Shown piece after piece: positions 23,400 to 36,924 of a stretch of 64,000 nucleotides of DNA. The notes beneath the pieces are model-generated. The model was not told the DNA's origin, searched no databases, and saw only the letters and a list, made by a program, of their open reading frames with translations. A program made the position numbers and the translations under genes. Every line of letters starts with the position of its first letter. Within the stretch, counting starts at the first letter, position 1. The stretch lies in assembly GCA_046563655.1 (NCBI GenBank), contig CM102290.1, positions 9,734,001 to 9,798,000 on the forward strand. The letters run 5' to 3'. Origin of the DNA: Yuukianura sp. NJ FZ-2021. Its lineage: Eukaryota.

Positions 23400-25840
23400 T
23401 TAGGTATTACTGTGAGCTTGTTGCGCTTGTGCGGCACCTCCCTCAACAGGTTTAGCTTGAGTGCGAGTGACACAAGTTCTAAGAATGAGCGTATCGTTTT
23501 GGATGAATCCTTGTGAAAATAATTGACTGATGGTACAGAGGTTAGAGAAGCCAAATCCTTGTTTGTTCGTGTTGTCACGAGGCCGTGCAAAGGCCATTGA
23601 GGTTGGCCTGGAGTGTACGGTCTCAGAAATTGTTAGTTTCGGATTGGGGTGGATGATGTCGAATCGGATGTCGCCGGTGAAGGGCCATTCAAGGACGTCG
23701 TCGAACTCACCTTTCATGAAATGAATGTGGGTAGTCATCGTCGTACTTTCGTCTACAAAATGAACACAGTAAAAATATTTTACCAAAATCCTAAAAATGA
23801 TAACATCTAAAGTAATTGAAGTGATTGAGACGTGTTTGTCGGTCACCTTTGTCCAGTGGTGGAAAATCTACCGGAGCACCACCAACAGCCCCATCCCTTG
23901 CGTGGTCTTGATGGTGAGTGTTGAGCCTTAAGGTAACGCACAGTTTGTACTCGTGCACTGCCGTGTAGATGGCAGGTGACATGTGGCACATACTCGGATG
24001 TTTGCGCATGTTCAAACAGCGTTGTGTAATGCCGTGGACTTTCCAGACGTAGACTCCATTGCAGTAGCGAGCTGTGAGGTCATCCATGGCTTGAGTGACC
24101 GTTGAGAACAGCTTGACTGCCGACGATAGTTGAGATTCCAGGCGGTCCAGTTTGATTTGTTTCTCTCTGTCGCTCTGTTCCAGTCGAACGAGACGATCAA
24201 ACAGCTCTTTCATATGGACTGGACTTCCACCATTGACAGATTCCGCTCCTCGGTCACCTGTTGAGTATCAAATAATCAATTAACTAAGACAATTATGATT
24301 TATGTAAGCTAATTTTCTTACCTTTTGGCAACGGTGACCCCTTTTCGTGAAATTCTCCCTTGCCTTTATTGCACAAAGATTCTTCAGACTCGGCCAACCG
24401 ATCTTCAAACCTGGTTTTTCAAAATTGGAATAGAAATCAAAATATTTTGGCGTTTTTTTGTTCATCATGTTTATAAACTATTAAAAACTTTGGAGCTTTC
24501 AACAAACCTAGGTCGTGAATGAGTTTGTCTAGCAAACCGCACCGAGTCCCAACTACGCTGCCGTCTGAACTGATAGTCATCAGCATCCATTGCTTCATCA
24601 GCTAGGAGCCACCGCGTCGAATCTCTGGAATCCTGACGCAGAAAGTGATCCTGCGGGCGAGAGAGTTTGAGGCGACGATAAGCTGCGGTAAGGAGCTACA
24701 GAAAACATAATGCAAACAAGTGAAAACAGACAGCATATGAAGGTCAAGGGTAAGTTATGCTGACCTGGAGGTGATGATGCATCTCCAGTTCGAGGTGTCT
24801 TTGGAGATTTTCCTGGGGAAAGAAATTGAGACATCCAACTTCTTTGTAGTAACACTCCACGAGGGATCCAGAATGACTTCCAGTTCCATTATTGGATTTC
24901 AAACTGGAGGATGAAGCTGACCCTGGCGGAGAATGGATCGTATGAATGTGCTTCTCTAGTTCTGATAGAGATAGTACTACGGAACATCCCTCTTTTCCAT
25001 ACGGACACTTGGCTCGACACTGTAGAATTTCACGACGTGTAAAATTGTCTAGTCAAACAGCATAAAACATATCAATAATTTAATGTTTGGACAATAAAAT
25101 AGTTTAAACACATTACAAATAATTTTTGTTTCTTAATTTTTAGTACCTGGAAAAATATTCTCATACTCCAGTGCAACTCCATCGACCGGACACTTTCCGC
25201 CCTCCTTTCTGTTGAATTAAAACCGAATTTAGCCATCGAATAAACTTAATTGACATTTAAATTAACTTGGCACGTTAAGTTAACTTACATGACCCATTTA
25301 GAAATACATCTCTCGCAAAACCGATGGCCACAGGTTGTGAGAACGGGATCACGGAGGTACAGTAGACATATTGGACATTCGTACCGGGAATCAGTGTCGG
25401 ATCCAAGGAGTTCGTAGTCGTATCCACCCTGTAACAAAAACGTTTTGAAATTATCACATCGTTGTGTTAATTGATTGGCTTAGTTGTTAACAATTAATTG
25501 TAACTTTTCAATAAGCTAATTGTTTAACCAGAAGCAATGACATGCGTAATGATGACATGGGTGACTAGACGTGTTTTATCTTATCTCAGCGAAATTCTTA
25601 GCGTTGTTGAGTAAATAATCATCCTGCCCTAATGTTTACTGAGGTTATGTCTACATGATATGTATTGATGTTAAGTTAACATTGTTAACTTTTAGTTCTA
25701 CTTGGTTGAGGTATTTATGAAGTTATTGACCTTACGTCGGTTAGGACCGTCGACGATGTACATCCACTATTGGACAATGTTCCCACCGTTGAATCTTCTG
25801 GAACTTGAGCCAATGTCGGACAGACACTCGCCCCTGACAT
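23400..25840 (-). CDS. TRAF6: TNF receptor-associated factor 6-like E3 ligase (RING, two TRAF zinc fingers, coiled coil, MATH)
   Basis: [42 protein letters not shown]...KCPVDG...[12 protein letters not shown] matches the TRAF6 pattern. MATH motifs [26 protein letters not shown] and [10 protein letters not shown]. The first in-frame ATG after an upstream stop is at 25840. Confidence 0.9.
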
Positions 25841-28240
25841 GTTCCTATGTAACGTTACGCAGTAATCAGGGTTTCACGGCAATTGCATTCCCAACGTTTG
25901 TTCCAGAATTCAAAATGTGTGCAGTACTTCACGATATGCTTTGAGGTACTTTTGACTTTTTGCAATGACGGTTCTCGTGCTCCAAGAATGTTGTTTACGT
26001 GACGCAAAACAATAGACTCAAGATTCCTGGAATTCGTTGAGCATTTGATGGTTGCTACTGCGTCGTGTGAAATTTAACCACCGGTACCCGGGTATTCCAG
26101 CAAAATGGAGCAAGGGCACACGGAGAAAGTTGTGATTGGTTGATAGGAACCTGGATTTCCAAGAATTCTTCCAGGAACTTATGATTACCCTAAAACCACA
26201 TCAACTTCTCTCAGACGTTTGGATCAATAAGTTATAGAGAGAGAGAGGACAGTAGAGGTCAACGTCAAAGTCAACGTGTGACAGTTAAGTCAACAAAAGG
26301 AGTATGACACGCGACTCAGTGGTCAGCACACACTGTGTGACCTGTGTACACGAGTGAGACAGTGACCCAGGAACTAAACAACTAATGTTTTATAGCGTAC
26401 TAAAACCTGTGTTATTCGTGGAAAGGTGTGACAATGCTCTGCTGATTCCTGATGACTCAAGGTTTTTGGAGGGGATGGGAACTTTTAGTGTTATGCTGTA
26501 ACCTGTTATAATCAGCAGGCGACTCGCATATACAGGTGTATTATTCTTTTCGAACAATGCAAAAAATACAATAGGAAATCAGTTCATTACAACGCTTACG
26601 TTATGCCAAAGGGAGCTGAACCAGAAGCTTTGTGTAAAAAATTCACCCGCTTTCAGCAGGGTAGTATACATCAAGATCACTTTTTAGCACCTTGCAAAAG
26701 CTTGCAACTTTCAATTTTTTGCAACAACCCTATCACTAGTAGTGCAAGCTGCCCAGGAGGAATCGACTTGTTTTTGCATAATTCATCGCTAGGGATTCAC
26801 AGTCTCAGGAATTCGCTTCTGGAATGTGCAAACTTATTTGCCAATTAGTTGGTGTTAATTGCAAAAACTTACAGAGGTTTCATTTTTTTTAAAGTTTAGT
26901 AGTTCAAAAGGACGATGTGTAGACAATGTGTTCCAACAAAAGAATTTCACGTTCTAAAAAAAAGTTTTCATAACGTATTTTAAAATAGTTTTAAACAAAA
27001 TCTGTTTTAATTTGTGACACAACTATTTACAATTAACAATTAAAGTAATTGCAATTTGCAAATTACTTTGGAATGTGGCGTGGTTTGGTTTGACAAACGA
27101 GTGTGTAGTGCCATCTTCCGGCGAGAAGATTTGTTATACGGCCTCTTCTGCCAGGGTTTTGTTTTTAGTACGAACGGTGCGCAGCGCGTAAATCAATCTT
27201 GTACAATTCGATTAGAGTAGTGCCCCAAAATATATACGTTTAGTATAAGTTATTAATAAGTGTGACATTATATTTAAATTTTTAGTTAATCAATATGTTT
27301 ATACTATTAATATTTAAAAATTGAATTGCTAAACGAATTTTAAATTAATTAAACAGTTTGGAATCTAAGAAGTATTTGACGGGAAGTAGTGCAGCAAAAC
27401 TCAGTGAATTCGGAATTTAGAGTTGAACTAAACAAATATTCCAGCTACACACAAGTGCGTAAACTTGCCGCACCTTTGCTACTGTGCAATAGTCTACCGT
27501 AGGCGCACCCTGGAAGTTTTATTTTATTTTATGTAATCGATTAAACTAAATAAAATTATGTTAATTGAAAGAAAATGTTTTGATTCTTGAACAATAAAGC
27601 CTATTGGATTTTACCCATTGATGCTGTTTGGTTTTAAACAGAAACGAAATTATGCTAGGGTGCGGCGTCAATTTAGTAATTGTTGTACCAAAAACAACAT
27701 TTATGGGTCGGTCTTGGAGAAGATGTGTATTTTGTACTGTTTGGAAAATTGTGCTTTCTGAATAGTACTTTCTCTCTGGAATCTTTGTTTTTGTGGAAGC
27801 GAGAAAGGCAAGGGGAGCTGTGTGTGTTGTCCATTTCGTCCAGGTAAGATCGGGGCGAGGACATTTGGAATCTTGGTCATTAATTGATCTGGAGTAGATC
27901 AATCTTCTTTTTAATTAATCCGAGACGTTAAGTGACATCCAGGAGTTGAGATAAGAGAGGCTGCGTAAATTTTGCGAAAACACCGGAGTAGGAGGATAAG
28001 ACTGCCAGTTAGTAGTGGCTGTCAAGAATCACTGGAGCTTACTGTCGCCGTCAGTGTCGGACGTTACGCAAACAACGCACAAAACACTGCAAATTCTCCC
28101 TACTTCTTACTAGTGAGACGATTGTAATTTATTCAGTATAACTTATTTATTGGTCCCATCAAATTCTCCAGAGATGAAGCCAGACGCAAACGTTAATTAG
28201 AACTGAGAGAGTGAAGGAGTAAGTTCGTCGTCGAAGAAGT

Positions 28241-31200
28241 ATGGGTCTGACAGACGGTTCTGCTGACAACCTTACAAAGATGAATACTGCCGGACCACAC
28301 GTTCCAGTTGCTGGATCTAAAAATGTTCATAACTGTAAATATGATCCTAAAGAGCTAAGTGACTTAGATGATTTAGCAACAGCCCTAATTCTGGATCCCT
28401 ACCTGGGATTTACTACTCACAAGATGAATTTACGGTAACTTAAACTCACGCTTAATTAAAATCAGAAGTGACAGTCGTTCGGTAATTTTCCTTTTGCAAA
28501 AACTAACGGATTTAAACTACTTTTTGGATTTTAGGTACCACGCCCCAAAGTTCAACCGTAGAGGACCACAAGAAATTGTGGAACGATTTATTACTAACCA
28601 TGATCTTGATGTGGCGTATCAGGAACTCGAAGAAATCGGATGGCTCAAACGTTACCTTAAAGACAAATCAGAGAGTTTCGTACAAGCTGCCAAAGAACAT
28701 GTAACTACATACTAAATGATGTATTAACTGCTGTGATCGAAATGAATCAAATTGTTTTAATCTGTTCTCTTTTTACATTTGAACAGATTTTGATTTATTT
28801 GAATATGTTCAGTCCCGATTCGGGATGTAAAATAGAGCCCTGCTTTAGGTACACTCTTGAACATCAGAAAGGCGCCAAGGTTTCTGCAACTAAAGTGTGG
28901 TATGTTTTTTTTTAAATTCAAGTTGGAAAATAATGCAGCCTTATTAACGAAATAATTGTTCAAAGCAAGGAAAACGGAAACCTTTTGTTAATATTACAGG
29001 AGGTTTTCCAGATTAGTGACGACTTTTTTTTTAATTACAGGGAAAGGAACCAACAAATTACGTCACTCGTTGGTTGTATTGCCGAACTCACGAAGGAGGA
29101 GGAAGCCGAACTTCTCTCCGCAGGCATGAACGACTTCTCGGTTATGTACAGTACTCGGAAACATTGTGCGCAACTCTGGCTCGGTCCAGCTGCGTTTATA
29201 AACCATGACTGCCGTCCGAACTGCAAAGTATGTCAACACTCTAGAACATAAACTAACTTTTATTAGTTTCAATGAATTGTCATTTTCCAATGAACTTAAT
29301 TACCGTCGAATTAATGTCATTTTCAGTTTGTAGCCACTGGACGTGACACTGCCTGTGTTAAAGCTCTTCGAGATATTCAGGTTGGGGAAGAGATAACCTG
29401 CCTTTACGGGCTTGACTTTTTCGGTGATAAGAATTCAAGCTGCGAATGTGAAACTTGTGAGAGGTAAACACAATTAAAGTAGAATTTTGTAACCTTAGTG
29501 TATAACGAGTCAATACCAGTTAAGAAAAATTTGAACTGGGTTTAACCAACCACTAACAAATGCTGTTTTTTTTTATTCCAGACGAGCGTGTGGTGCATAC
29601 TCGGTGGTGTCGCAAAAAGGAGAGGTCAAAGGTTACAACTTTCGAGACACTGACAGTCGCCTCAATCGTCGTAAGTCCCAGGCACAACGAGCAGAGCCAA
29701 TGCAGCCGATTAACCTGAGTCTAAACAAAGGTCCCAGGGGCGGAATGAAGGCATCCGGTGGACTCCAGAGCATGGAAGTTACTTGTTCAAGAGATGCTGA
29801 CGTTCCGAATCGGTTCGAGACTGACTCCGCTTCTTCAGAGTACACAAAATACAGCCCGAGGTGAGGATTTGAAATCTCCCTCCTTCTTTTGTCTGATGCT
29901 GGTTCGAAGACCACGCCTCTGCGCATCTCCGACGCCTGTGATGTCACATAACACACGTCCCTTTCATAACGTCTCTCACACTCTCCATGCATTCCTTGTA
30001 TTACCACCACCCTTTAAAACTTCAGACTTTTGAATTTTCAAAATCGTTTTTAGCACAAGCAAGGTTTAGCTATTTTTTGGGATGGGTTGGTTTTTAAAAA
30101 TCCACCATGGTTTTTTTTTTCATACTTTTCAATTTATGACATTTGTTTATATTTGTTTTAGAGCAGGGATTGATAGGCTTTGACACACATTTTGTAAATT
30201 ATTATTTTTCTTTTATTAGTTTGCATCCCCTTAAGCATGCTACCAATTCATTCTAATTAGCCCCCCTGCAATGACATGTGACTGGCACTAACGCTCCTAT
30301 CTTGTTACTAGTGTTCAGCTGAGTTAATGAAATTCAAGCTGAAAACTATAACTAATAAGACTAACAAGACTGTCTTCTAAACGTAGTTTCCGGTCCTTTG
30401 CAGGCTGTGAAAATAAATTAGGATTGGAGTTATTGAGCATGTAAAAATGACGAAAGGTGATCGGAGGTTCATAGATTACGTTATCCAAACGCTAAAGCAA
30501 TTGTATTATAACGGGTCCATGCTATTATATCTGCCAAAAATATATCTCGAGGAAAAATATCTTAAAGCCAAGTTAAGTGGCAATGAAGGTATGTCAAAAG
30601 AAATATTTTTGGGGTGTGAACCCAGCATAGTCTTCCGACCGAGTTCAGATATGTTATGGGATAATTTTGTTCGAGATACATTCCGAAATAATTTTGTTCG
30701 AGATATGTTTCGAGGTAATATTGCGGAAGATATCTTTCGAGATATATTTTATCTGAGATATAATGCGTGCTACAAAGAGATAAAGAGAATGCCATATCCA
30801 GCTTCCGCAGAATTTACTATTAACAGAAAGGCTAACCGTAGGTTATGTGACGACGCTATACCACCCTTTCCTTACCGCAAGCGTGGCTTACGTAATTTGT
30901 GAACACCGCACTCGCTAATTCATTTTCTAAATTGCTAAATTCTTTGGACACTTTAAAAAATTCTTTTTTTAATATTTTGAAAGAGAAACCAACAGCTCAT
31001 GCGTTGACTTTCTCTTTCAGTGTCAAACATCGCTCAACCTCCGCTGTCTCTCCGTCATCGTCATCATCCCCGTCTAGGGCAGCGATAGCCAAGACGACAA
31101 CAGAGAAGCGACAAACACGAGCCACTACAACGGCGGCTGCACAGGCTCAGCTGATGACCTCGTCTAAGTCCAGTAGCCATCCGTTGCCATTTGTAGCCAC

Positions 31201-31873
31201 TGACGACTCTTCCAATTCCACGTCAACTTCCTCCAGTTCCAGTTCCAACCAGAGTTGTTCCGACTCTGGAATTGACTGCCATTCGACCCACTCCACTTCA
31301 GATACTACTTCAACTACTACCATATTCAATGATCTCCAAAACCCACCGTCACCTACTGCCGTTGGTGGAATTCGGCTCCGTAGTCGGCGCGTCCTCGGCC
31401 AAACTCCACCGAATCCTAACAAATCACCACCTCCTTCAGCCGACCACCCTCCCCCGCCTGTCCGATCTCCTATTCGGATGACTTTTAGAATGAAGAAACG
31501 TCGGGCTCAAGATGACGTTCGAGAAAGTCCTACGATACGGACGGAAGTCGTTAGGAAGGAAGAGCGGGAAAATTCGCCACATTATGAAATTTTAAATTTC
31601 GAAGGGAGTCAGAGCCCTTTGCCAAGTCCAACAACGTGTCAAGGTCAACAGAGTCCTTCACCGTTTCCAAAAAAGAAGAAACGAAAGAGTAAAAAGAAAC
31701 GGAAGTCGAAAGACCGGGAAAGAGGAACGGACGGAAGCGGGATGTTCGAAATTGAGGCCGGAACAAACGGAGGGAGAGGCGGGAATCGCAGAGGGAAGAG
31801 AATTCGAATCATTCTAGGCAAGGAGTCATGTACAATTAGTCTCCAGTTGCCGGAACCTCCTCATATAGAATAA
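28241..31873 (+). CDS. Suv4-20: Histone H4K20 methyltransferase Suv4-20 (KMT5B/C family)
   Basis: [60 protein letters not shown] and [27 protein letters not shown]. The last exon is joined at CCG AG|gtgagg (29860) to tttcag|T GTC (31021) and encodes a Ser/Pro/Lys-rich tail. Confidence 0.95.
30447..30902 (+). CDS. Uncharacterised intronless 151-aa ORF nested in the last Suv4-20 intron
   Basis: Open for 456 nt in AT-rich intronic DNA, with start context AAAAATGA and frame-preserving internal repeats. No recognisable domain. Confidence 0.35.
   Translation: MTKGDRRFIDYVIQTLKQLYYNGSMLLYLPKIYLEEKYLKAKLSGNEGMSKEIFLGCEPSIVFRPSSDMLWDNFVRDTFRNNFVRDMFRGNIAEDIFRDIFYLRYNACYKEIKRMPYPASAEFTINRKANRRLCDDAIPPFPYRKRGLRNL
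30660..30740 (+). repeat. Three diverged 27-nt tandem units (DNFVRDTFR / NNFVRDMFR / GNIAEDIFR)
   Basis: GATAATTTTGTTCGAGATACATTCCGA, AATAATTTTGTTCGAGATATGTTTCGA, GGTAATATTGCGGAAGATATCTTTCGA. Confidence 0.85.
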
Positions 31874-32541
31874 GGTTAATGGTTAACTAGTCCACTTTTG
31901 ACCTTGTGACCTTGGCACAAATTCAGGGTTAACGTCACGGTTCAATTGTTATCGCATGTCAACGATGGTGTCCCCTCACTGTCCGTTCCTACTTATGGTC
32001 AGTGGTAATCCATTTATAACGCTCGCATTCCCAATTCCCTCGTCACACGGCGCATGATCCAAAGTTGGTTAGGGAAGTTCTGCAGTATTTGAAGTCGAAT
32101 GGTTTTAGTTGGTTAGGTATGTCACCGGTCGTCGCCATGTTCTTGACCTTTGACGTCTTTGGTCTGTTTCTCTCCACACCTTGATGTTCTCCCTCTCAAT
32201 CTCTGTGTTATTTTAGATATGTTAGGTTAATCACTTAACTGAATTTCATGAACTTATTTCAAACTACAAGAAATGAAAGACTGACGAAATCAGAAAGTTC
32301 TGCATTGAAATAAAACCCCACAAAATACTCCAGTCGTACAATTAATTGTCCGTGTCATTTTTTATAATAATTCGTCTATAGCTTCTATACTGTTATGTCA
32401 AAGGTTAAGAGCCCAGAAACGCCAAGAAAGTGATGCGGACGAGAGTTCAGTGAACTAAAAACTTTTATTGGAAAAGAACTTCAAAGAAACATCGTAACAG
32501 TTGTACAGTATGGATGAACCTGTCATTTCTAAGAAGGACTT

Positions 32542-32946
32542 TTACAACTTGAGTTTTGTTCGTCTCCAATGACGTCGCTTGGCGTTGTACCTGTACAAAA
32601 TAAAACCAAGATTAATTAAATAAGTTCTGAATCACTGTCGGCGGCGAAGTAACTGTAACTTCTTGGTTAATTTTTATCGAATCATGTACTTGCGTTACGC
32701 AAGTTGTGTATAACGTTTACCTGATCTTATTCCCAGTCTTCATTCGAATCCATTGGGGTATGGGTCGATTCTGGGCCTGCTTCCTGGCCAACTTCTTCTT
32801 GATTAAAAACGACTTGTGAGATGACTGCAAAAAAAAAATCAACATCCAATACAGTAAATTGCGTTTACAAAATGGAACATATGACGGATAGCCCGATGAC
32901 AACGTTACTTAAGATTCACTTAACTTAAGATCACGATTCTTACCAT
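32542..32946 (-). CDS. RpL39: 60S ribosomal protein L39 (eL39)
   Basis: Exons 32946-32944 (ATG only), 32824-32721 and 32590-32542 give [51 protein letters not shown]. Confidence 0.98.
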
Positions 32947-35900
32947 GGTTTTATTCAACGAAGGAACCAAATGCTCCTGATCTGGTCGCTTTCCACAACA
33001 AATGACCTCTTGAGTCAAGAGTCTTGACCTCACCGATTCCGAATCCAAATCCACAAAGAACCGAGACCGAGACAGCAATGACGAGAACCACGAGGACCAC
33101 AAACCGACACGAAAAAACAAATTTCTCACTCCTGTCTGCTGAAGCTGAGCTTTGAATTTTGAATTATTTGCATTTGAGTAGTTTCGTTTCTGGATACGAG
33201 AGGGAAGGGGTTGTCCATGATTAATAACGCGACGACGCTAGCAAATTTTCATTGCAGTTCGAATTGAATTCATTAGTAGTTAAATTAAACATCAATCAGT
33301 GCCAATTACTTATCTTATTTATCATTAATAAAGTCATATCAATTACAACTTAAATCTGTAATTCAAAAATATACAAAAACAAATGCTTTAACAGAAAATT
33401 GTATTTTCTCAAAAGAATTTGCTTTAGCAAATAGCACCATGCTCCTTGCTAACTATATGGTTAAAGAATCGTAGTGTTTAACATTGTAGTTAGTTTAACA
33501 ATTAGACACTTACATAGCTATTAATGGATTTGGTAAATTAAGATAGGAATGACATGTCCACTGTACGACACAGTCTGCGGCCATTGTTTTAAACCTGAGT
33601 GGTGGGGGGTGGAATGATTTACGTCAGATGAGATTCTGAATCTGATAGAGATCCATTGTAGTTCTTGCAAATCCTTCAGTACGTTCAGTTTGCTTGATGG
33701 TGACGGTGCGATTGGGTATACTAGTCCATCCACAACTTAAGTTAAGGTTGAAAAGCTAGTTTTGCAATTAGACAGTCGTCACGTGTCACCACGTCCACAT
33801 CTCTGCCTGCAGAGAAACTAAACCAATCACGGTCTACCTTAGGAACAATCTGCAATTTCCAACCGCCGCAGGCAGTGGCACAAGGACAACAGATTTTTGG
33901 CAACATAATTTTGCACATCAGTTCCTGCCTTAACCCACATTCAACTTTGAGTTTTAAACTTCCGTGCAGAGGTAACTTCACCTTTGACCGTTCGTTCGTA
34001 TCAGAAAGCAAAAATCAAAAAATCGGAAAAGTTCTGAAATCGAAAAGTAAGGCAGGATCTTTTATTGCGCAAGCAGGAAACTAGCATTTGGCTTCCAGGA
34101 AATCTTGATCAGGATTTTGACAACTTTGGACTTAAAAAAATGTTTTTGCGGAATAACAACTTTGAGTTTTTTGCTCACCCAACTTTTGTGTTTCAAAGTT
34201 GCTGAATATTTAATAGAGTCGCTTCATTTTTGCTTTTCTGAAACTTACTTTTAAATTTCAAATTTTTCTTGGAATCAGTTAAAGACGATTTGAAATCAAC
34301 AACTCTGAGAACTTACATAAACAATTTGGCCATAAAAGAAGAGATGGAATAGTAGTGCTTGTAGAAAATTTTGAAAAATTCGAACTTCCATGGAAAATTT
34401 CAGTTGAAGAAAGAAAAATTTAAAAAAATTCTCAGGTTTAGAGAAGTGTCAATTACCACAATCGAAACTACGGAAGAAGTGTATGCGCCACTTCACACGT
34501 TAATTAACTTTTTAACATCCAAAGATTACAAAGTTAGTGACTTAAGTGAGTCGAGTACTTGAGGAAGTTACTAACTAATGTCCGATTGTTTAAAAAAAAT
34601 TTTTTTTAGGAAAGTTTTTTAAAATTTTAAAAATTATTTTCGAATCTAACCTAACGACGTAATTGTGGAAATGGAATGCTCAGCAAATTTAATTTTATTT
34701 TGCACAAATGATGCTGAATATCATTCGTTATTGGCCTAACGTCCTTCGAAGTCTTGAATTTTTGCTGTAGCATCCTTGACTAGAACATTTTTCCACGAGA
34801 TTCGCAAATTCCAAATCATTTGCTAAAACTTTTGCAGATCATTCTTTTCATTGGGTCCATTTCATTTTACCTTCTTATTCTTCAAGCTTTTCTGGTTTAA
34901 AAGTGTCATTCACAAATTACGTCATGAGAACATACTACTGCCACCCTTGAACCTCTTGTTATTCTAGACACTTGAATATATAGCCATGAGACATAGAGTA
35001 ATCTACAAATCCAAAAGTAATCAATTATCTGTACTACAATTAACTGTTAAGTTAAATACACATTCAAAATACCACTTACGCTCAAACATTCTACGCCTTA
35101 CATTAGAAATTAGCAATGTTATACAAAAAACAGTGCTAGTTTGGAGGAGTTTACGATTACTTGAGGTCAAAGATTAACAGTTTACAAAAATTTTGCTGAC
35201 TTTTGGACATAGCTTGGTGCTTTGATGATTGATTGGTTGATTATGGCGGCTTATTGCATAAGATCGGGAAGGCTACTGCCTCTGGTCACGTAGCCCCACT
35301 ACACTCAATATCTGATGGTGAATGGACATTATCAGGGTGAGGTCACAGTACTTCTGAGGGTCACCGTGTTACAGGGACGCATGAAAAAATCGTGATTTTT
35401 CAATCACGGAAAGCTTTGTAGCGAATCGAGGGTTAGAGAGATAAAAGTTTTTCTGAATAGTTCTAAATTGTAAGTTACAATTTGTAACTTTTATTTTTAT
35501 CATTTTTTGTTTAAACTAACAATGATGATGAATTATTGATGATTCATGTGAGTCTAATGTTCGGAATTGTCCAGGAATTGTCCTTGGACATAACTTCAAG
35601 AGGACATTTGAGATGTTGATTGATTAACATCAGAACATGAATTATTATATTTCAGTCGTCTCGTGTTGCAATTCTTATTGGATTTTGATTACTTTCATGT
35701 TCGTTTAGTTCTATTAAATAGGTATGAAAGTATTACGATGAGTTCCTGGATTTTGTGGTTTGCTATCCCAATCCTTGTGGTTATGGAGGTAACGTTACGA
35801 CACCCGGGTATTCCTGTGTCTCATACATCTCTGTAATAGGAGTAGTGCGTGTCATATTCTTTTTCCGGTGTCACAATTCTGTAACGATACTTTTTAATTA

Positions 35901-36924
35901 ACTTTTTGTGCAAAGTTGAGTGAATTGTTACATCCATTTGGGAAATTACTCAACTTTAGGAAGTCTGTGCATGATCATCTTTGTGAATTTGAAGCAATTT
36001 CGTGAACTTATGAGTGTCTGTGACCTTTGCTGACCTCAGACTTGAATAAGGTCTTTCGTGGCATAGGTTTTTCTTTCTTGTGTGGGTAAGTTTGACTTCT
36101 GCTCTGCTTTTTGTTTTCAGTGGCTTGTTTTATGTGCAGATTAAATACAGGAGTGAAAAATTGTAAATTTCTAAAAGTGAAAGTTAGTTTGCATTTTCTT
36201 GCATAACTACGACGCCGCTCAAGGCATCATTTTTGAAAAAAATTAGAATTTTGATTTTTAAACTACGATTTTCCATTTTTGAAATGCCATACCTTCGTGG
36301 AAGTTGACGATTCATATGTTAAAATAAGTAATTGGTTTTTGCATTCTGGATTTTGCTATTGTAATTCCGTTTGCATTCAAGTGTTTTTTTTTAAATCGTG
36401 TTTTAAATACGTGAAATCTTGAGTTGACTGTTAATTAAGGTTAGTGCTTAGTTAACTACACACGAAATTATCTTTTTTAAACTATGCTGTTGATATTATT
36501 TGTAATGAGGTGAGTCCGGATGAGGGTTTTTATTCCTAAAAGAGATACAAAAGGTAAGGAAATACAAATCAAATAAATCAAGTTAATTGTATGGAAAATT
36601 ACGTTGGATGTTTAGAATCTAAAGCGAAGTGTGTAATCATATTCACAATCGGAAAGTGATTTGTAAATTGTTGTTTATAAAAGTTACAATGATGCACATG
36701 TTTACTATTTTTGTACTACGCTGATAGAGTAAATTACCTTGATGGCTGATGCTGCTGATGGTATAATGCGCCCAATATTTGCTAGGATTTTTTGTTCTTT
36801 TTAAATGTAGATACAATTTTCTAATCTAAATATGTATTTGTTTTGATTTCAGAAAGTCTTCCGGTATTTTCCTCAAGCAGATAAAGAAGGAAGGACTGAA
36901 CAAACTCCATAATTATTTTCAACA

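Noticed and set aside
30660..30740. CRISPR-like array or other prokaryotic system
   Set aside because: These are contiguous coding repeats without spacers, there are no cas genes, and the whole window is spliceosomal-intron eukaryotic DNA.
32591..32720. Intronic snoRNA in RpL39 (small hairpin ACTTGCGTAACGCAAGT present)
   Set aside because: I could not identify paired C/D boxes or an H/ACA two-hairpin layout on the sense strand. An Infernal search would be needed.
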